Virus record (IMG/VR): IMGVR_UViG_2938816664_000004
DNA length: 64,000 nt
Strand: one strand, 5' to 3'
Source: a virus
The position numbers and the translations under genes are program-made. Shown piece after piece: positions 39,435 through 49,754 of this stretch. The notes under the pieces were generated by a model. It was not told the DNA's origin, did no database searches, and saw only the letters and a list, made by a program, of their open reading frames with translations. The first letter of the stretch is position 1. Each line of letters begins with the position of its first letter.

Positions 39435-40039
39435 AATTTTTCCTGTGTGTTTGCTTTGAAACAGTTAGCAATTTCTAAAAGCGATAATCCGCTCTCGATA
39501 CTTGGTACAGTTAAGCTCTCACTCTCGATATATAAGTTAGCGCTTACTTTATTTTCTTGTTGCGATTCTACATGATCATCTTTGGTATTCAAACTATTTT
39601 TCTTTAGTTTAGTATTGATTGCATCACTTAATGAATAATTACCCTTTGAATTAACTGGAATTTCTTTATCTAGTTTTTCACCATTAATATTAGTAAGTTC
39701 TAACTTATAATCAAATTTAGAAGAAATAGAAATTCCTTGTTTAGCCAGCCGCTTCCCAACTTGTTTTCGCATTTCTGAACGATCAATGTAATAGAGAGCC
39801 TTACCTGCCTCAATTTCACGTTCACGCATTTCGGCAGCTTCACAGTGATGTCTGTGGATAGCGACTACGCAAACTGCATCCACCTCGCGCTCATTTCCCT
39901 CCTGAACATTATGGATACGCTTTAGGCATGCAGCATAATTAGGACGGTTGCCAGTATGAGGGCAAAAATCGCAGTAATAGGCATTTGTTCCGCTTCTGGA
40001 TAATTCCAAATCGAGTACAGGAAGAGTTTTAGTTACCAT
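39431..40039 (-). CDS. Hypothetical protein with Cys/His-rich N-terminus
   Basis: CDFC...YAAC...C...HC. Confidence 0.6.
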   Translation of the reverse strand: MVTKTLPVLDLELSRSGTNAYYCDFCPHTGNRPNYAACLKRIHNVQEGNEREVDAVCVVAIHRHHCEAAEMREREIEAGKALYYIDRSEMRKQVGKRLAKQGISISSKFDYKLELTNINGEKLDKEIPVNSKGNYSLSDAINTKLKKNSLNTKDDHVESQQENKVSANLYIESESLTVPSIESGLSLLEIANCFKANTQEKL

Positions 40040-40530
40040 GATCCTTGAACTCCTTTATAGGCAGCATACTCATCTGTATCAAGAATTAATTCGCTCAGTT
40101 CGCTTCTGATAGGTCCAAAATAATTTTGAAAAATTGACTTGATCTCAGCTTCTCGCCCTTTGTCAAAAATATTGGATGCTTCGCGACCGAAAATTGATTG
40201 AGCATATTCAATTGGATTAATCGAATCCGAATTGGTAGACAATTCATCAACTAGATTACGTACAGCAGCCTTACTTAAATTCTTTACCCTTTCTGCTACT
40301 GTTGAGTAAGAAAGTCCTTCGTATTTTTCAAGAATTTCGACCGTTCGGTGATACCCGCCCTTGTTATCATGGTAATCAACAGCCTTGATCGCCAAGCCTA
40401 ATACTTCATCTTGAGTATGCTTGTGGACAGCAAAATATTCTGTGAGCTCCAAAACCTTTTCATTCGTTGTGGTTTTTGTCACCATAAACCGACAGTGTGG
40501 AACCCCAATAATTACTCTGTTCATTACCAA
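40033..40530 (-). CDS. Hypothetical protein ending in ...YKGVQGSW
   Basis: 165-aa ORF overlapping its neighbours. Confidence 0.6.
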   Translation of the reverse strand: MVMNRVIIGVPHCRFMVTKTTTNEKVLELTEYFAVHKHTQDEVLGLAIKAVDYHDNKGGYHRTVEILEKYEGLSYSTVAERVKNLSKAAVRNLVDELSTNSDSINPIEYAQSIFGREASNIFDKGREAEIKSIFQNYFGPIRSELSELILDTDEYAAYKGVQGSW

Positions 40531-41078
40531 GACCCCAAAACTTCACCATAAAATTCTTGTCGTTGTGCCATGAGCTGAGCTGCCTTACGCTCTTCCTCTT
40601 CTTGTTTTCGTTGCCGTTCTTCCTCTGATTCATAGTTGAATGTAAATTTGTACATGTCATCAACTGGAATCCCGAACGTTTGAGACAAGGTTTCCAAGTA
40701 TTTTTCAAAACCCTTTTCGGTAATCGCTGATGCGAAAGGCGCTCTAATGGCATTAATCTGAGAGTCGAGAGTCAAGTAAGTAATAAAATCATGGAAATTA
40801 TCAAATTCGTGCAAGATTTCGCTTTCACGTAAATCGCTATATTCACCTGCTTTACCTTTTACTTTTAGTGTTTTATTAAATTCGGTATCAAGAGTTGCAC
40901 CATTACCTTCTTGATGGTGTTTGACTTGAGCGGTTTGATTTACCGCTGAGCCATAAATTTTGAATAATTGCGTGTTGCGTTTAGCTCCGTCCTGTACCGA
41001 TAACAAGAACATCGAATAATATTTTGTCCCACTCGTATGCAATGAGTAGGCACTTCTGACCACAATTTTTAAACTCAT
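40524..41078 (-). CDS. Hypothetical protein (WGR-like N-terminus) ending in ...YGEVLGSW
   Basis: GTKYY...LFKIYG...K.K.GEY pattern. Confidence 0.6.
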   Translation of the reverse strand: MSLKIVVRSAYSLHTSGTKYYSMFLLSVQDGAKRNTQLFKIYGSAVNQTAQVKHHQEGNGATLDTEFNKTLKVKGKAGEYSDLRESEILHEFDNFHDFITYLTLDSQINAIRAPFASAITEKGFEKYLETLSQTFGIPVDDMYKFTFNYESEEERQRKQEEEERKAAQLMAQRQEFYGEVLGSW

Positions 41079-41141
41079 AGTAAAAGCACCTTGAAAACTT
41101 CAACAATATTTTAAAAACAATGATTTGGAATCAAATACGAT

Positions 41142-42251
41142 TCAGACTTTACCCATATACTTAATGCGTAAACTTACTGCGCTAATTGGCGTAATTGGTA
41201 TCGCTTTTCGATACGCTGTGCGAACGATTTCAGGGTCGACTTCATTGGGGTCACATCCAGCAGGCAACGTGGCCAACCTTGCTTTTATGCCAAAGCTATT
41301 TATCTTTAAACATGCGTCGATCGCAGACAGAATTGCGGCAGGCTCTCCATCCCACATAATCGTCACGCACTCCAATCCCTCATCTTTAAGCTTTAGTAGT
41401 TCAGCCATTTGAGATTCATCACCACCTACCGAAAGATGCTTACCAAATGACGCGACAACTCCAACATTGCAAAGGAACTCGTCTTCCTTGAAGGCTTGAT
41501 ATATCGCCATAGCGTCAAAAGCACCCTCTCCCATGACGATTTCAACGTAACCTAGGGCATTATGGCCGTTATATAGGTAAGTGCCCGTAGACGCGAAACC
41601 AGGAGGAAATAGATACTTCTTTTCAGCCTTTCCTGTAATGTCTCGACCCTGAAAAGACACAAGCTTGCCTTCAAGGTCCCTGACAGGAATGATGATTCTC
41701 ATGCTGTAGTTTTGGTATTGCTTTTCACCCGTTGGGCCTATGTATGCAAACCAACCCTTTTGACAGAATTTCAGTCCAAATTCACGACACGTATCGAGCG
41801 TTATATTTCGCTCTTTAAGGTACTTTAGGTTCTGACCCATGATCGGCAAGTCATAGGCTTTTGGAAGCTTTAGATCGCCAATTTTGGTTTGTGTGGGTTC
41901 ACTTTTGCGCTTTGGCTGCCAGCCCTGCTCCTGAGCAATTGCTTTAACATGCTCGACTATCTCTTTATTGCTTAGGCTATTACCGCCTATGCCAGCCTTA
42001 ATAAACTTCCATTTCGAGAATTTGGTTTCGCAATCACCATGAAAGCAGTTTCCCAAACCCGTATCCTGATTCAGATAGACTTTCCAGCTTGAGTTACCAC
42101 ATACTGGACATTCCTTAACATTCAACTGGATTCCGTTTTTTCCGCGAGTTACTTTGTATTCAAACCCTTCGCGGTTAAGCCAATACTCCATATCAATGCG
42201 GTCTAATATCTCCGCTAAACTTTCTTGATCTCTCATATTGCAAAATCGCAT
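41142..42251 (-). CDS. DNA primase (zinc finger plus TOPRIM)
   Basis: CPVCG...CFHGDC, FQGRDI, EGAFD, WDGE, DPNE. Confidence 0.88.
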   Translation of the reverse strand: MRFCNMRDQESLAEILDRIDMEYWLNREGFEYKVTRGKNGIQLNVKECPVCGNSSWKVYLNQDTGLGNCFHGDCETKFSKWKFIKAGIGGNSLSNKEIVEHVKAIAQEQGWQPKRKSEPTQTKIGDLKLPKAYDLPIMGQNLKYLKERNITLDTCREFGLKFCQKGWFAYIGPTGEKQYQNYSMRIIIPVRDLEGKLVSFQGRDITGKAEKKYLFPPGFASTGTYLYNGHNALGYVEIVMGEGAFDAMAIYQAFKEDEFLCNVGVVASFGKHLSVGGDESQMAELLKLKDEGLECVTIMWDGEPAAILSAIDACLKINSFGIKARLATLPAGCDPNEVDPEIVRTAYRKAIPITPISAVSLRIKYMGKV

Positions 42252-42323
42252 TAGATAAAATTAGCGCTTATTTATACTAGCATAAAGTTATAAATAAGCG
42301 CTTACTATAATAATGGGTTAAAT

Positions 42324-43727
42324 TTATTCGACGCTAATCACTTCTTCCAAGAACCTCATCATGGACACATTCTGCTTAATCACCACAGTAACCCCCATCT
42401 CTTGGTTACGAGAAGCTGCAAAGTACAATCGAGCCTGACCTTTCGCTCTCTCTTCCTCTGTAATGTTGATGGAGATTGCAACGTCAGCGGTCCTGATTTT
42501 GTTAAAGTCCTCAGCTACGTGCTCTGCCTTGGCTACCGTTGACTTAAAGCCCTCACGGTTGGTCTGAGTAGCTGTCAGTAACGCCACATTCTCTTCAAAA
42601 GCAATCGCGCGTAAATCAACATAGATAACTCTTGAGTTCTCTTTTGGGTCATTTGTACGAATATCTGGACGCATCAAATCTGCATAGTCCACAATGATCA
42701 TATCGAACTTGATTGGCGGTCTTATCGTTCCATCAGGGTTCCGCCCAGGATTCTTATACCTATCAATTAATGCTCTTAGCTGTGACGGAGAAAATGTACC
42801 GGAACCAAATTCATGAATAATAAATTTGCCCGCCGTCTTGGCTACCGTCTCGACCGCAGTTGCAACACTTGCAGCCTTCGACGCCAATTCTTTCATGATC
42901 ACTTTTGAAATAGAGGCATCTAAACGGTCTGCAATAATGTCTTTACCAACTTCTAGCGTTACATATAGAACGTTGTATTTAGCAAAGCTTGCGATACGGC
43001 CAAAGTGAATAAGCGCTTGCGTCTTACCTGCTTTTGCACCGCCCATTAATAGAGACAGCTCCTTGCGTCCCCAACCTCTGTGATACAGCAGATCATCAAG
43101 TTCTTTACAGCCAGTAGTAATGCCTGTCGGAGGTACTTTGCCTGTCAGCTTCTCGATACGTGCCAGCTTACGATTCAACGCCTGAGCGAAGAAGTCATAA
43201 CCAACACCCTCTTCATTCAATCCGACCGCAATAGCTTCCTTGATACGCGCTTCAATCTTGGCGTAATTCCCTGCCTCAAGATCAGGAACAGAATTAACAA
43301 TCGCATTGGATACCGCCTGTTTTCGCGCGAACTCAACAACCTTTTCTTCAACGAAAGCCTTGTCAGTGACATAGATGCCAATTAATTTCTTCCTTGCTTC
43401 CACAATTGCCGCTAAAGTTTCTCGCTTATAAACTTTAGAAGCAGCTTTATCCTTGATAATTTGGACAACAGAAGCAGGATCAGGAGAACATCCATATTTA
43501 TTGAAGTGTTGGAGCGCAATATCGACCAGACATGCTTCACCCTGATTTTCGAAAAATTCTGGCTTCAGAATATGGGCGGCTCTTCTAAGAAACTCATCGT
43601 CACGTAAAGTTAAAGCCGCAATTTTTGATTGAAACTCATCGTCGTAATCAAACTTTTCTTCGGTGAAGCCTTCGAGTTCTTTATCAACGACCTCTTCTTC
43701 ATGAATTTCGGCCACAGCAGTAGACAT
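42324..43727 (-). CDS. DnaB-like replicative helicase
   Basis: GGAKAGKT, TLEV, IVDYADL, TATQTNR. Confidence 0.88.
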   Translation of the reverse strand: MSTAVAEIHEEEVVDKELEGFTEEKFDYDDEFQSKIAALTLRDDEFLRRAAHILKPEFFENQGEACLVDIALQHFNKYGCSPDPASVVQIIKDKAASKVYKRETLAAIVEARKKLIGIYVTDKAFVEEKVVEFARKQAVSNAIVNSVPDLEAGNYAKIEARIKEAIAVGLNEEGVGYDFFAQALNRKLARIEKLTGKVPPTGITTGCKELDDLLYHRGWGRKELSLLMGGAKAGKTQALIHFGRIASFAKYNVLYVTLEVGKDIIADRLDASISKVIMKELASKAASVATAVETVAKTAGKFIIHEFGSGTFSPSQLRALIDRYKNPGRNPDGTIRPPIKFDMIIVDYADLMRPDIRTNDPKENSRVIYVDLRAIAFEENVALLTATQTNREGFKSTVAKAEHVAEDFNKIRTADVAISINITEEERAKGQARLYFAASRNQEMGVTVVIKQNVSMMRFLEEVISVE

Positions 43728-43763
43728 ATAAGATAATCCTTATAGAAAATAGATGGCTTACGT

Positions 43764-44195
43764 TTAAGATTTAGATTTCGACTTTCTCTCTAGCTCATCA
43801 ACTAGGTCTTCAATCCCCTTAGTTGGTGAGAACTCGGAAATTTGGTGTTTGAAAAGAACACGCGCACGATAACGACCGTTTTTATCACCATTCAAATAAC
43901 AACGAAGCGAGATCGTTTCTGCATCCGCAGCACGGATGTATCCACGCACAACTTCGCCGTCTGTTTTAATGACTACAATTTCCTGTTCTTGCTCTTGCAG
44001 CTTGCGAACAAACTTCATGTAGCCCATTTCTTCAATTTCGCATTCGTTCGCAGGCAGCCTACGCCCATACGTTTTACGCGGCTGAAATTGAAGTTTTTGC
44101 TTTTCTTCCGTATTTAAGTAAATAGACTCCTTTGAAATTGGAGCGCTATTGCCGAACTTGTTTTGTATCGCAAGTTCTTTCTGCCATTCGCTCAT
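43764..44195 (-). CDS. Hfq-like (Sm-fold) RNA-binding protein
   Basis: FVRKLQ...IVVIKTDGEVVRGYIRAAD..TISL (Sm1) and VLFKHQISEFSP (Sm2, cf. Hfq VYKHAISTVVP). Confidence 0.7.
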   Translation of the reverse strand: MSEWQKELAIQNKFGNSAPISKESIYLNTEEKQKLQFQPRKTYGRRLPANECEIEEMGYMKFVRKLQEQEQEIVVIKTDGEVVRGYIRAADAETISLRCYLNGDKNGRYRARVLFKHQISEFSPTKGIEDLVDELERKSKSKS

Positions 44196-44282
44196 TAAAA
44201 CCTCGAAACATTAGTAATTACTATAAAAACGATATTATCAAATTATAGTAAGCGCTTATTAATATTTTAAGAGAAAAAAGCA

Positions 44283-45014
44283 TTAAATACTGGATTTAAT
44301 AGCTTGGTTGATGATCGAAATGTCAAAAGACTCTAAAGCTTTTTCAATGCGAAGTGCATCATAGCGATAAATGCATGTCCCTAATGCATAATGCTGCACT
44401 TGACGCATCCGCACCTGCTTAACAATAAAATCTTCATAATCAACTTGCATTGGACTGTTATGAAAAAGTGTAGCGGTAAAATATGGACTTTTAGCGATCT
44501 GGAGCGAAGCTTGACAATAAGACTCCCACTCATGGAACACTTCAATTAACAGTTCTTCTTTTTTTAGTTGAGCAGGTCTAGGTGGCAAAGGTCTACCATT
44601 CGCAATCACCTTAAAGCATTTATCAAATGCGGTTTTTAAATAGAAGTCATAACGCATTCCCAAAGCATCAATTGCCTGTCTGAGTCGCCAAAATGACAAG
44701 GCCTCACGGCTGAGTAAGAAATCTCGCTCCTTAATGGGTTTAACGAATTCGGCCGCCTTATGATCAATAGCTTTTCTATAAAAGTTTCGATATTCATTTT
44801 TGAAAAGCCGAAAGAAGTAATAAGTGGCTTGCATGGGATGCATCAGCCTATAGTCAAACCACTTGGTTGTCATTAACTGCGTTTCTAGCTTCCGCTCTTT
44901 CTTGGGAATGTATTGAATGGTGAGAATTTCGTAATGTTCTAAATCAAGGTCATTGCCATAAAAGTGACCCGCCCAATCTAAATACTTGGGTATTTGTTTT
45001 TCAACTTGGGACAT
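44283..45014 (-). CDS. Hypothetical protein
   Basis: 243-aa ORF; TKWFDYRLMHP. Confidence 0.65.
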   Translation of the reverse strand: MSQVEKQIPKYLDWAGHFYGNDLDLEHYEILTIQYIPKKERKLETQLMTTKWFDYRLMHPMQATYYFFRLFKNEYRNFYRKAIDHKAAEFVKPIKERDFLLSREALSFWRLRQAIDALGMRYDFYLKTAFDKCFKVIANGRPLPPRPAQLKKEELLIEVFHEWESYCQASLQIAKSPYFTATLFHNSPMQVDYEDFIVKQVRMRQVQHYALGTCIYRYDALRIEKALESFDISIINQAIKSSI

Positions 45015-45130
45015 CCGATCGTTTCCGAATAATTAATATAAAAACTTAAATATTATAGAAAGTATTATTTAATTATTCGTTAGCACTTCAAAAACCCAAG
45101 TTTTCGGAAAAGACCCAAGTGCCGGAATGT

Positions 45131-46252
45131 TTAAGCCGGTCTTTTAGAGTTATAAAGTTCAATTAATGCGTGTTGTAGAGTTACGCCTTTAATCTGGGCA
45201 TATTCGCGGACGTATTCCTTGGTTACGCCTTCATCCAGCTTTAATAGAGCCTCATACAATCGTTTTATGCCATTTAATTCAAATTCATCCTTTTCTTCTA
45301 CTGGCTTTTCAATAGCAGACTTATAAACGCCAGATTCAACGATAAATTCTTTTAATGGGTTCTCTTTGTTAAGGTCCTCTTCGCTGAGATCACTACCCAA
45401 AAACTCTTGGGTCGATACTTTTGGAAGCCTAATGTTTTCTAAAGGAGTGCCTGTCTTTTTAGCTGAATCGGAAGAAGGCTTGCTGTCATGGATTTCTTTC
45501 GCTTCGCCTTCAATGAAGTTATCGGTTTTTAAACTTACTTCAAAATAAATGCCCGTGATATTACGTCCTGTCTTGATTTTCTTTTCAGTAATAAACAGGT
45601 CAGTAAAACTATTAATCTGATCAATTGCCGGCTTCAATACACGTTTATTGAAGTTGGTCATATCCGTACTTTCGGGATTTTTCTTGTCTCTATACTCATG
45701 AGGAAGAAGGCCCATCTTGGCACGGAAGTCCTCGAAGTCATAAACAGGAGTTTTACGTATATCCGAATTTTTCCAACTAGCGACCAACTCATACAGACGG
45801 ATGCCATATTTACTGGTCACATCGCGTAAATTGTCGATGGCATATTTGGTAAAGGTTCCTTCTAGCTTGGTTACTAGAGGAATCACATCAGGAGCTAGGG
45901 TGATCGTTAATAATGCATCATCCTTAACGTATGAAACTCGTGATACCCAACGTGACCGAACCACCTCAATCTTGCCATTTCGCATTGTGGTGTAAGAAAA
46001 ACGTCTTTCAAATAAGGTATCTTCGGCTTCCTTCAGTGTTTTATATGCCGCGCTCACTGTTGTATTAAATTTTTGGGCATATAAGGAAGCAGGAATCTCG
46101 ATAATCGTTTCGGCAGTCAGATCTGCATTCTTGTTTCTGGAAACTAAAATGGCGAGTAGAATTATTCTTTGCTCAGCAGTGTCCAAAGCGTAGCTTGCAT
46201 TAATCAATGCATTCGCTTTATAAACATCTGAATTCCTAATAAGTTCTGCCAT
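45131..46252 (-). CDS. Rep_3-family plasmid replication initiator
   Basis: KANALINASY.L...EQRI, SKYGIRLYE, FNKRVLKPAI.QIN, KTGR.I. Confidence 0.9.
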   Translation of the reverse strand: MAELIRNSDVYKANALINASYALDTAEQRIILLAILVSRNKNADLTAETIIEIPASLYAQKFNTTVSAAYKTLKEAEDTLFERRFSYTTMRNGKIEVVRSRWVSRVSYVKDDALLTITLAPDVIPLVTKLEGTFTKYAIDNLRDVTSKYGIRLYELVASWKNSDIRKTPVYDFEDFRAKMGLLPHEYRDKKNPESTDMTNFNKRVLKPAIDQINSFTDLFITEKKIKTGRNITGIYFEVSLKTDNFIEGEAKEIHDSKPSSDSAKKTGTPLENIRLPKVSTQEFLGSDLSEEDLNKENPLKEFIVESGVYKSAIEKPVEEKDEFELNGIKRLYEALLKLDEGVTKEYVREYAQIKGVTLQHALIELYNSKRPA

Positions 46253-46393
46253 ATATTCCGTTCAGAAAGGTTTTATTGGTTTTCGTAAAAGGTACATGAT
46301 TAGATAATGTTTGTAAATCTAGTTATCCAGCAGGAATTGAGCTGATTTATATTTAAGGATTTTGACCAAAACATGACAATGTAATGACATTAC

Positions 46394-46955
46394 CGGAGTT
46401 TTTGTACCTTTATATGCATTCCTTCGGAATTTTTGTACCGTTATAGGGTTTTTAAACGGAGAAAATGTACCGTTATGACTCCCCTATCGGAGTTTTTGTA
46501 CCGTTATCTTGATTTTGGCTATTTGCTTAGCGGAGAAAATGTACCTTTATAGGGGTGTGAACGGAGAAAATGTACCGAAATCCTTTTATGTATTCTTTAA
46601 GTTAATGGAAAAATGGCTTTAAAAGGTACTTATTCGGAGTTTTTGTACCTTTATAGGACTTTTAACGGAGAAAATGTACCGTTAAAAGCGATTTAACGGA
46701 ATTTTTGTACCTTTTAAGCTATTGAAATTAAAGGCCAGAATTTTTGTACCGTTAAAAAGGAATATTTGTACCGTAATTAAAACTTTTTGTACCGTTAAAA
46801 CGGAGTATTTGTACCGCTGAAACGGAGTTTTTGTACCTTAATAGGCTTTCAAAGCATTTATTAGCAATCGTTTCAGGCCCTCTAAAAGAAAAAAAGAAAA
46901 GATTTTAAATTCAAATAGGTTTTAAGTTATCCACAACGGAATTTTTGTACCGTTA
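46394..46955 (+). repeat. Iteron array of the plasmid origin (about 14 copies of CGGARWWWWTGTACC)
   Basis: Copies near 46394, 46425, 46457, 46488, 46531, 46562, 46635, 46666, 46697, 46737, 46758, 46801, 46824, 46937, upstream of rep. Confidence 0.88.
46927..46935 (+). promoter_or_regulatory. DnaA box
   Basis: TTATCCACA next to the last iteron. Confidence 0.7.
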
Positions 46956-47255
46956 TTATCAGAACACTTGTAATTCAAAGCATAGAGCGTTTTTAAAAAA
47001 AAGAGTTCACAGAAAGAAGCGAAACATGTTTAAGTTTTAAATTCAAATTAATGTCTGTTTTGGAAATAAGAGAAAACAAGGATGATGCATGTTGTGAATA
47101 ACATCAGGAATGTAACAAACGAAAGAAAAAAAGAAGCCATTATTAACGACTCATAGGCGCACACTGTAAACAAACAGTGACATGGATATTGTTTTGAATA
47201 GTAGAAGCTGTACATCCTGAAATCAGGATGCACAGCATGAATAGGGTTAAAAGTT

Positions 47256-47894
47256 TCATGCTAAAAATAATTTCTTTTCAGCAGAACGGCGATTAACCAA
47301 ACCAGGAATCCGTTTACCGTTGTCAAAAACCCAACGATCAAACTGATTTGCAGCTCCAGTAAAATTGCCTTGGTTGAGTAAAACCAGCATTGTGCTTTTA
47401 ACGAAAGCTGTCTCACCTACGTTGTAAACAAAAGAAGCCAGTGCATCGAATTGATTTTGCGACACCTTCACTTTCACACACTTATCAAGACATGCATCAA
47501 CCCACTTACAATCGTTTTTGAGCCATTCTTCTGCTTGAGCGCGTGTGCAGGTATCACCCATTCTGACAGCCTTGCCATTTGGATATTTGATTGTTCCGAA
47601 CCCGATAGTCGGTACACTGCCTGTATCCAGATATGCCGTATTCCTGAAACCTTCAAATCCACGAATAAGTTCATATCCTTTTTCGGAAATATCCCATTGC
47701 CCTGTAACGCCAGATTCAAGTTTGTAACCAATGAGTTTGGCAAAAGTTTCTAAACCCGCTTTTTCAATGATCTCATCACCAGCGGTTACTTGTTCTTGCG
47801 TTAACTTTCCTCCTGACATCGCCCGAAGCCAAGAATAAGTTTGTGCAATCTGGGCCATTTGCACTGATGCAAGCGTGGATACCATGCTACTCAT
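47256..47894 (-). CDS. Endolysin, GH24 phage lysozyme
   Basis: FEG...AYLD...PTIGFGT, QNQFDALASFVYNVG, GLVNRR..E. Confidence 0.92.
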   Translation of the reverse strand: MSSMVSTLASVQMAQIAQTYSWLRAMSGGKLTQEQVTAGDEIIEKAGLETFAKLIGYKLESGVTGQWDISEKGYELIRGFEGFRNTAYLDTGSVPTIGFGTIKYPNGKAVRMGDTCTRAQAEEWLKNDCKWVDACLDKCVKVKVSQNQFDALASFVYNVGETAFVKSTMLVLLNQGNFTGAANQFDRWVFDNGKRIPGLVNRRSAEKKLFLA

Positions 47895-48286
47895 TAATCT
47901 TTAAACTCCTTCAGGTCGTTTTTAATATCAGTTGCAACTTCGAAAATGTCGGAACCCTCCTTCTTTTCGATATAGTTGAAAATCCAACGGACAATAGCCC
48001 ACCCCGGCAAGCCACATGTGAAGAAGAAACCGCCAAGAGCGATCATTCCCCATACGTCTGTTGCCCAAGCGTGAAGGTTAAATTTGATGATGATGAAAGA
48101 GCCGCCAGCCAAGCTTGAAATTACTGTGGTAATCAAGCCAACTCCCCACTCTCTCGGAGATCTCGGCATCCGCATCATGAGCACTACAGCCGCAACTGCC
48201 ATCACACAGATTGCGACTACGATAGTCATGCCAAATGCCTTCCAAGCAGCGAATCCACCGATAGTAGTTGATACTGGTTCGGTCAT
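47894..48286 (-). CDS. Putative holin
   Basis: Three hydrophobic segments, charged C-terminus, coupled to the endolysin. Confidence 0.7.
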   Translation of the reverse strand: MTEPVSTTIGGFAAWKAFGMTIVVAICVMAVAAVVLMMRMPRSPREWGVGLITTVISSLAGGSFIIIKFNLHAWATDVWGMIALGGFFFTCGLPGWAIVRWIFNYIEKKEGSDIFEVATDIKNDLKEFKD

Positions 48287-48409
48287 GATTTTCTCGCCTT
48301 AGATTAGTTGAGAAAATATAACATTTTTACTATATTTTATAAATAAGCACTTACTAATAATTTATGAGTGTGTAAAAATTATCGTTGTTTAATTTTTAGG
48401 ATGTTTACT

Positions 48410-48613
48410 ATGGCATTAAAGCAGATCACGAAAGATGAAGCTAACCTTTTGAACGTTCTTTTAGGGCAAGTCAACTTGCTCGAAGGCCAAAATGGAAAGC
48501 CGGTTGAAAACTTGACCTTGATTTACGATCGGAAGACTCCTGGTCTAGCTTCGGTCGGACTGGTCTATGCAGATGAAACCACTACTACTGAAGAAAATGG
48601 CGGTACTGCGTAA
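48410..48613 (+). CDS. Small hypothetical protein divergent from the holin
   Basis: AGGA SD, MALKQITK start, followed by a terminator. Confidence 0.55.
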   Translation: MALKQITKDEANLLNVLLGQVNLLEGQNGKPVENLTLIYDRKTPGLASVGLVYADETTTTEENGGTA

Positions 48614-48628
48614 CCATTCGACTTCATT

Positions 48629-48656
48629 AAAAAGGCTTTCTTGAGAAGCCTTTTTT
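48629..48656. terminator. Bidirectional terminator
   Basis: AAAAAGGCTT-loop-AAGCCTTTTTT between convergent genes. Confidence 0.7.
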
Positions 48657-48745
48657 ATTACTTAAATACAAAGTAAATCATAACAGAGCAGACTAGAATA
48701 ACGGCACTTTAGCAAAGGTCCTTACTGGTACAAACTTCTGGTTTG

Positions 48746-48997
48746 TCAGCTAATTTCTTTACCATTCCATAAAATTTTCGGCATTTCGGGTCGGTTCAAT
48801 TTAACTTCTTGCTTTACACATTTCATGATTACTTTGTCATAACCCTTTAGCTTTTCCATATGCGCTTCATTACTTGCCATTTCGACAGCTATTTCGGCCC
48901 TTTCAGCGGAACAGGCACTTTCTGTTTTAAATTCCCCAGCAATTACGCTATTAACTTCAGCCCCATTCAAAATCAAAGTAAGTATTAATAAATACAT
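48746..48997 (-). CDS. Small hypothetical protein
   Basis: 83 aa, AAGGAG SD, F..E.AC...C. Confidence 0.55.
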   Translation of the reverse strand: MYLLILTLILNGAEVNSVIAGEFKTESACSAERAEIAVEMASNEAHMEKLKGYDKVIMKCVKQEVKLNRPEMPKILWNGKEIS

Positions 48998-49006
48998 AAC
49001 GACTCC

Positions 49007-49741
49007 TTAAGTTGGCATATAACCTACATAAATAGTTGTTACCCAAGATCTGGTATCTGTATCACCGATAGCAGGTTCACTTAATCTCAGTTGCAAATAG
49101 AGAGTTGTATCTTTAAAACAAGCTAGTAAGAAATTTTGTGTAGGAGGAAGTGGGTACAAATCACCCCCTTCGCCGTTGAACCAGAAGAAATTTATACCAT
49201 CAACCCATATCCACATCTTGCCCGGAACACCGTTAGGTATAACGTTTGCTTTCCATTCATCAATTCCAACCATTTCTTCAAATGTTCCAATTTTAAGAAT
49301 TCTTGGAGAATTCATGAAGGTCTGCAAATCCCATACAATTTCATTGTTAGCATTTCGTACTTCTAAATATGCGGATGAAGATGAGCTTATAGCTAAGGCT
49401 TCTGTATACTGACGGCAGTATATAGTCTGCCGTCCCTGATGAATGCCTTGATATAAACCTGGTTGGTATTGAGAATCTCTACCTGTGAATGTTTGCGGGT
49501 TAAAAATTACAGCATCGTCAGCATGCCACCAGTTTATTTGATCATCCCTTGCTAGTTTATATGGCGCTACGAACAGCGTTTCGTATTTTCCAGTAACAGG
49601 GTTACGAGCACCTGTTGCCCAATTAGAACTGGTCATATCTTGTGCAGTCCATACGATTTCACCAGCTTTTACTAAGACTTTGCTTTCACTGTTGAGAACA
49701 ACTTCACCAGTATCGTCTTTAATTTCAATACCTATGGGCAT
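49007..49741 (-). CDS. Putative tail-associated protein
   Basis: MPIGIEIKDDTGEVVLNS start after GGAG; internal repeat YLEVRNANNEIVWD; downstream of the tail fibre. Confidence 0.6.
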   Translation of the reverse strand: MPIGIEIKDDTGEVVLNSESKVLVKAGEIVWTAQDMTSSNWATGARNPVTGKYETLFVAPYKLARDDQINWWHADDAVIFNPQTFTGRDSQYQPGLYQGIHQGRQTIYCRQYTEALAISSSSSAYLEVRNANNEIVWDLQTFMNSPRILKIGTFEEMVGIDEWKANVIPNGVPGKMWIWVDGINFFWFNGEGGDLYPLPPTQNFLLACFKDTTLYLQLRLSEPAIGDTDTRSWVTTIYVGYMPT

Positions 49742-49754
49742 AACTGCGTAGCTC

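Noticed and set aside
46394..46955. Repeat array as a CRISPR locus
   Set aside because: Repeats are ~15-19 bp with short irregular spacers, lie upstream of rep beside a DnaA box, and no cas genes are present; these are iterons
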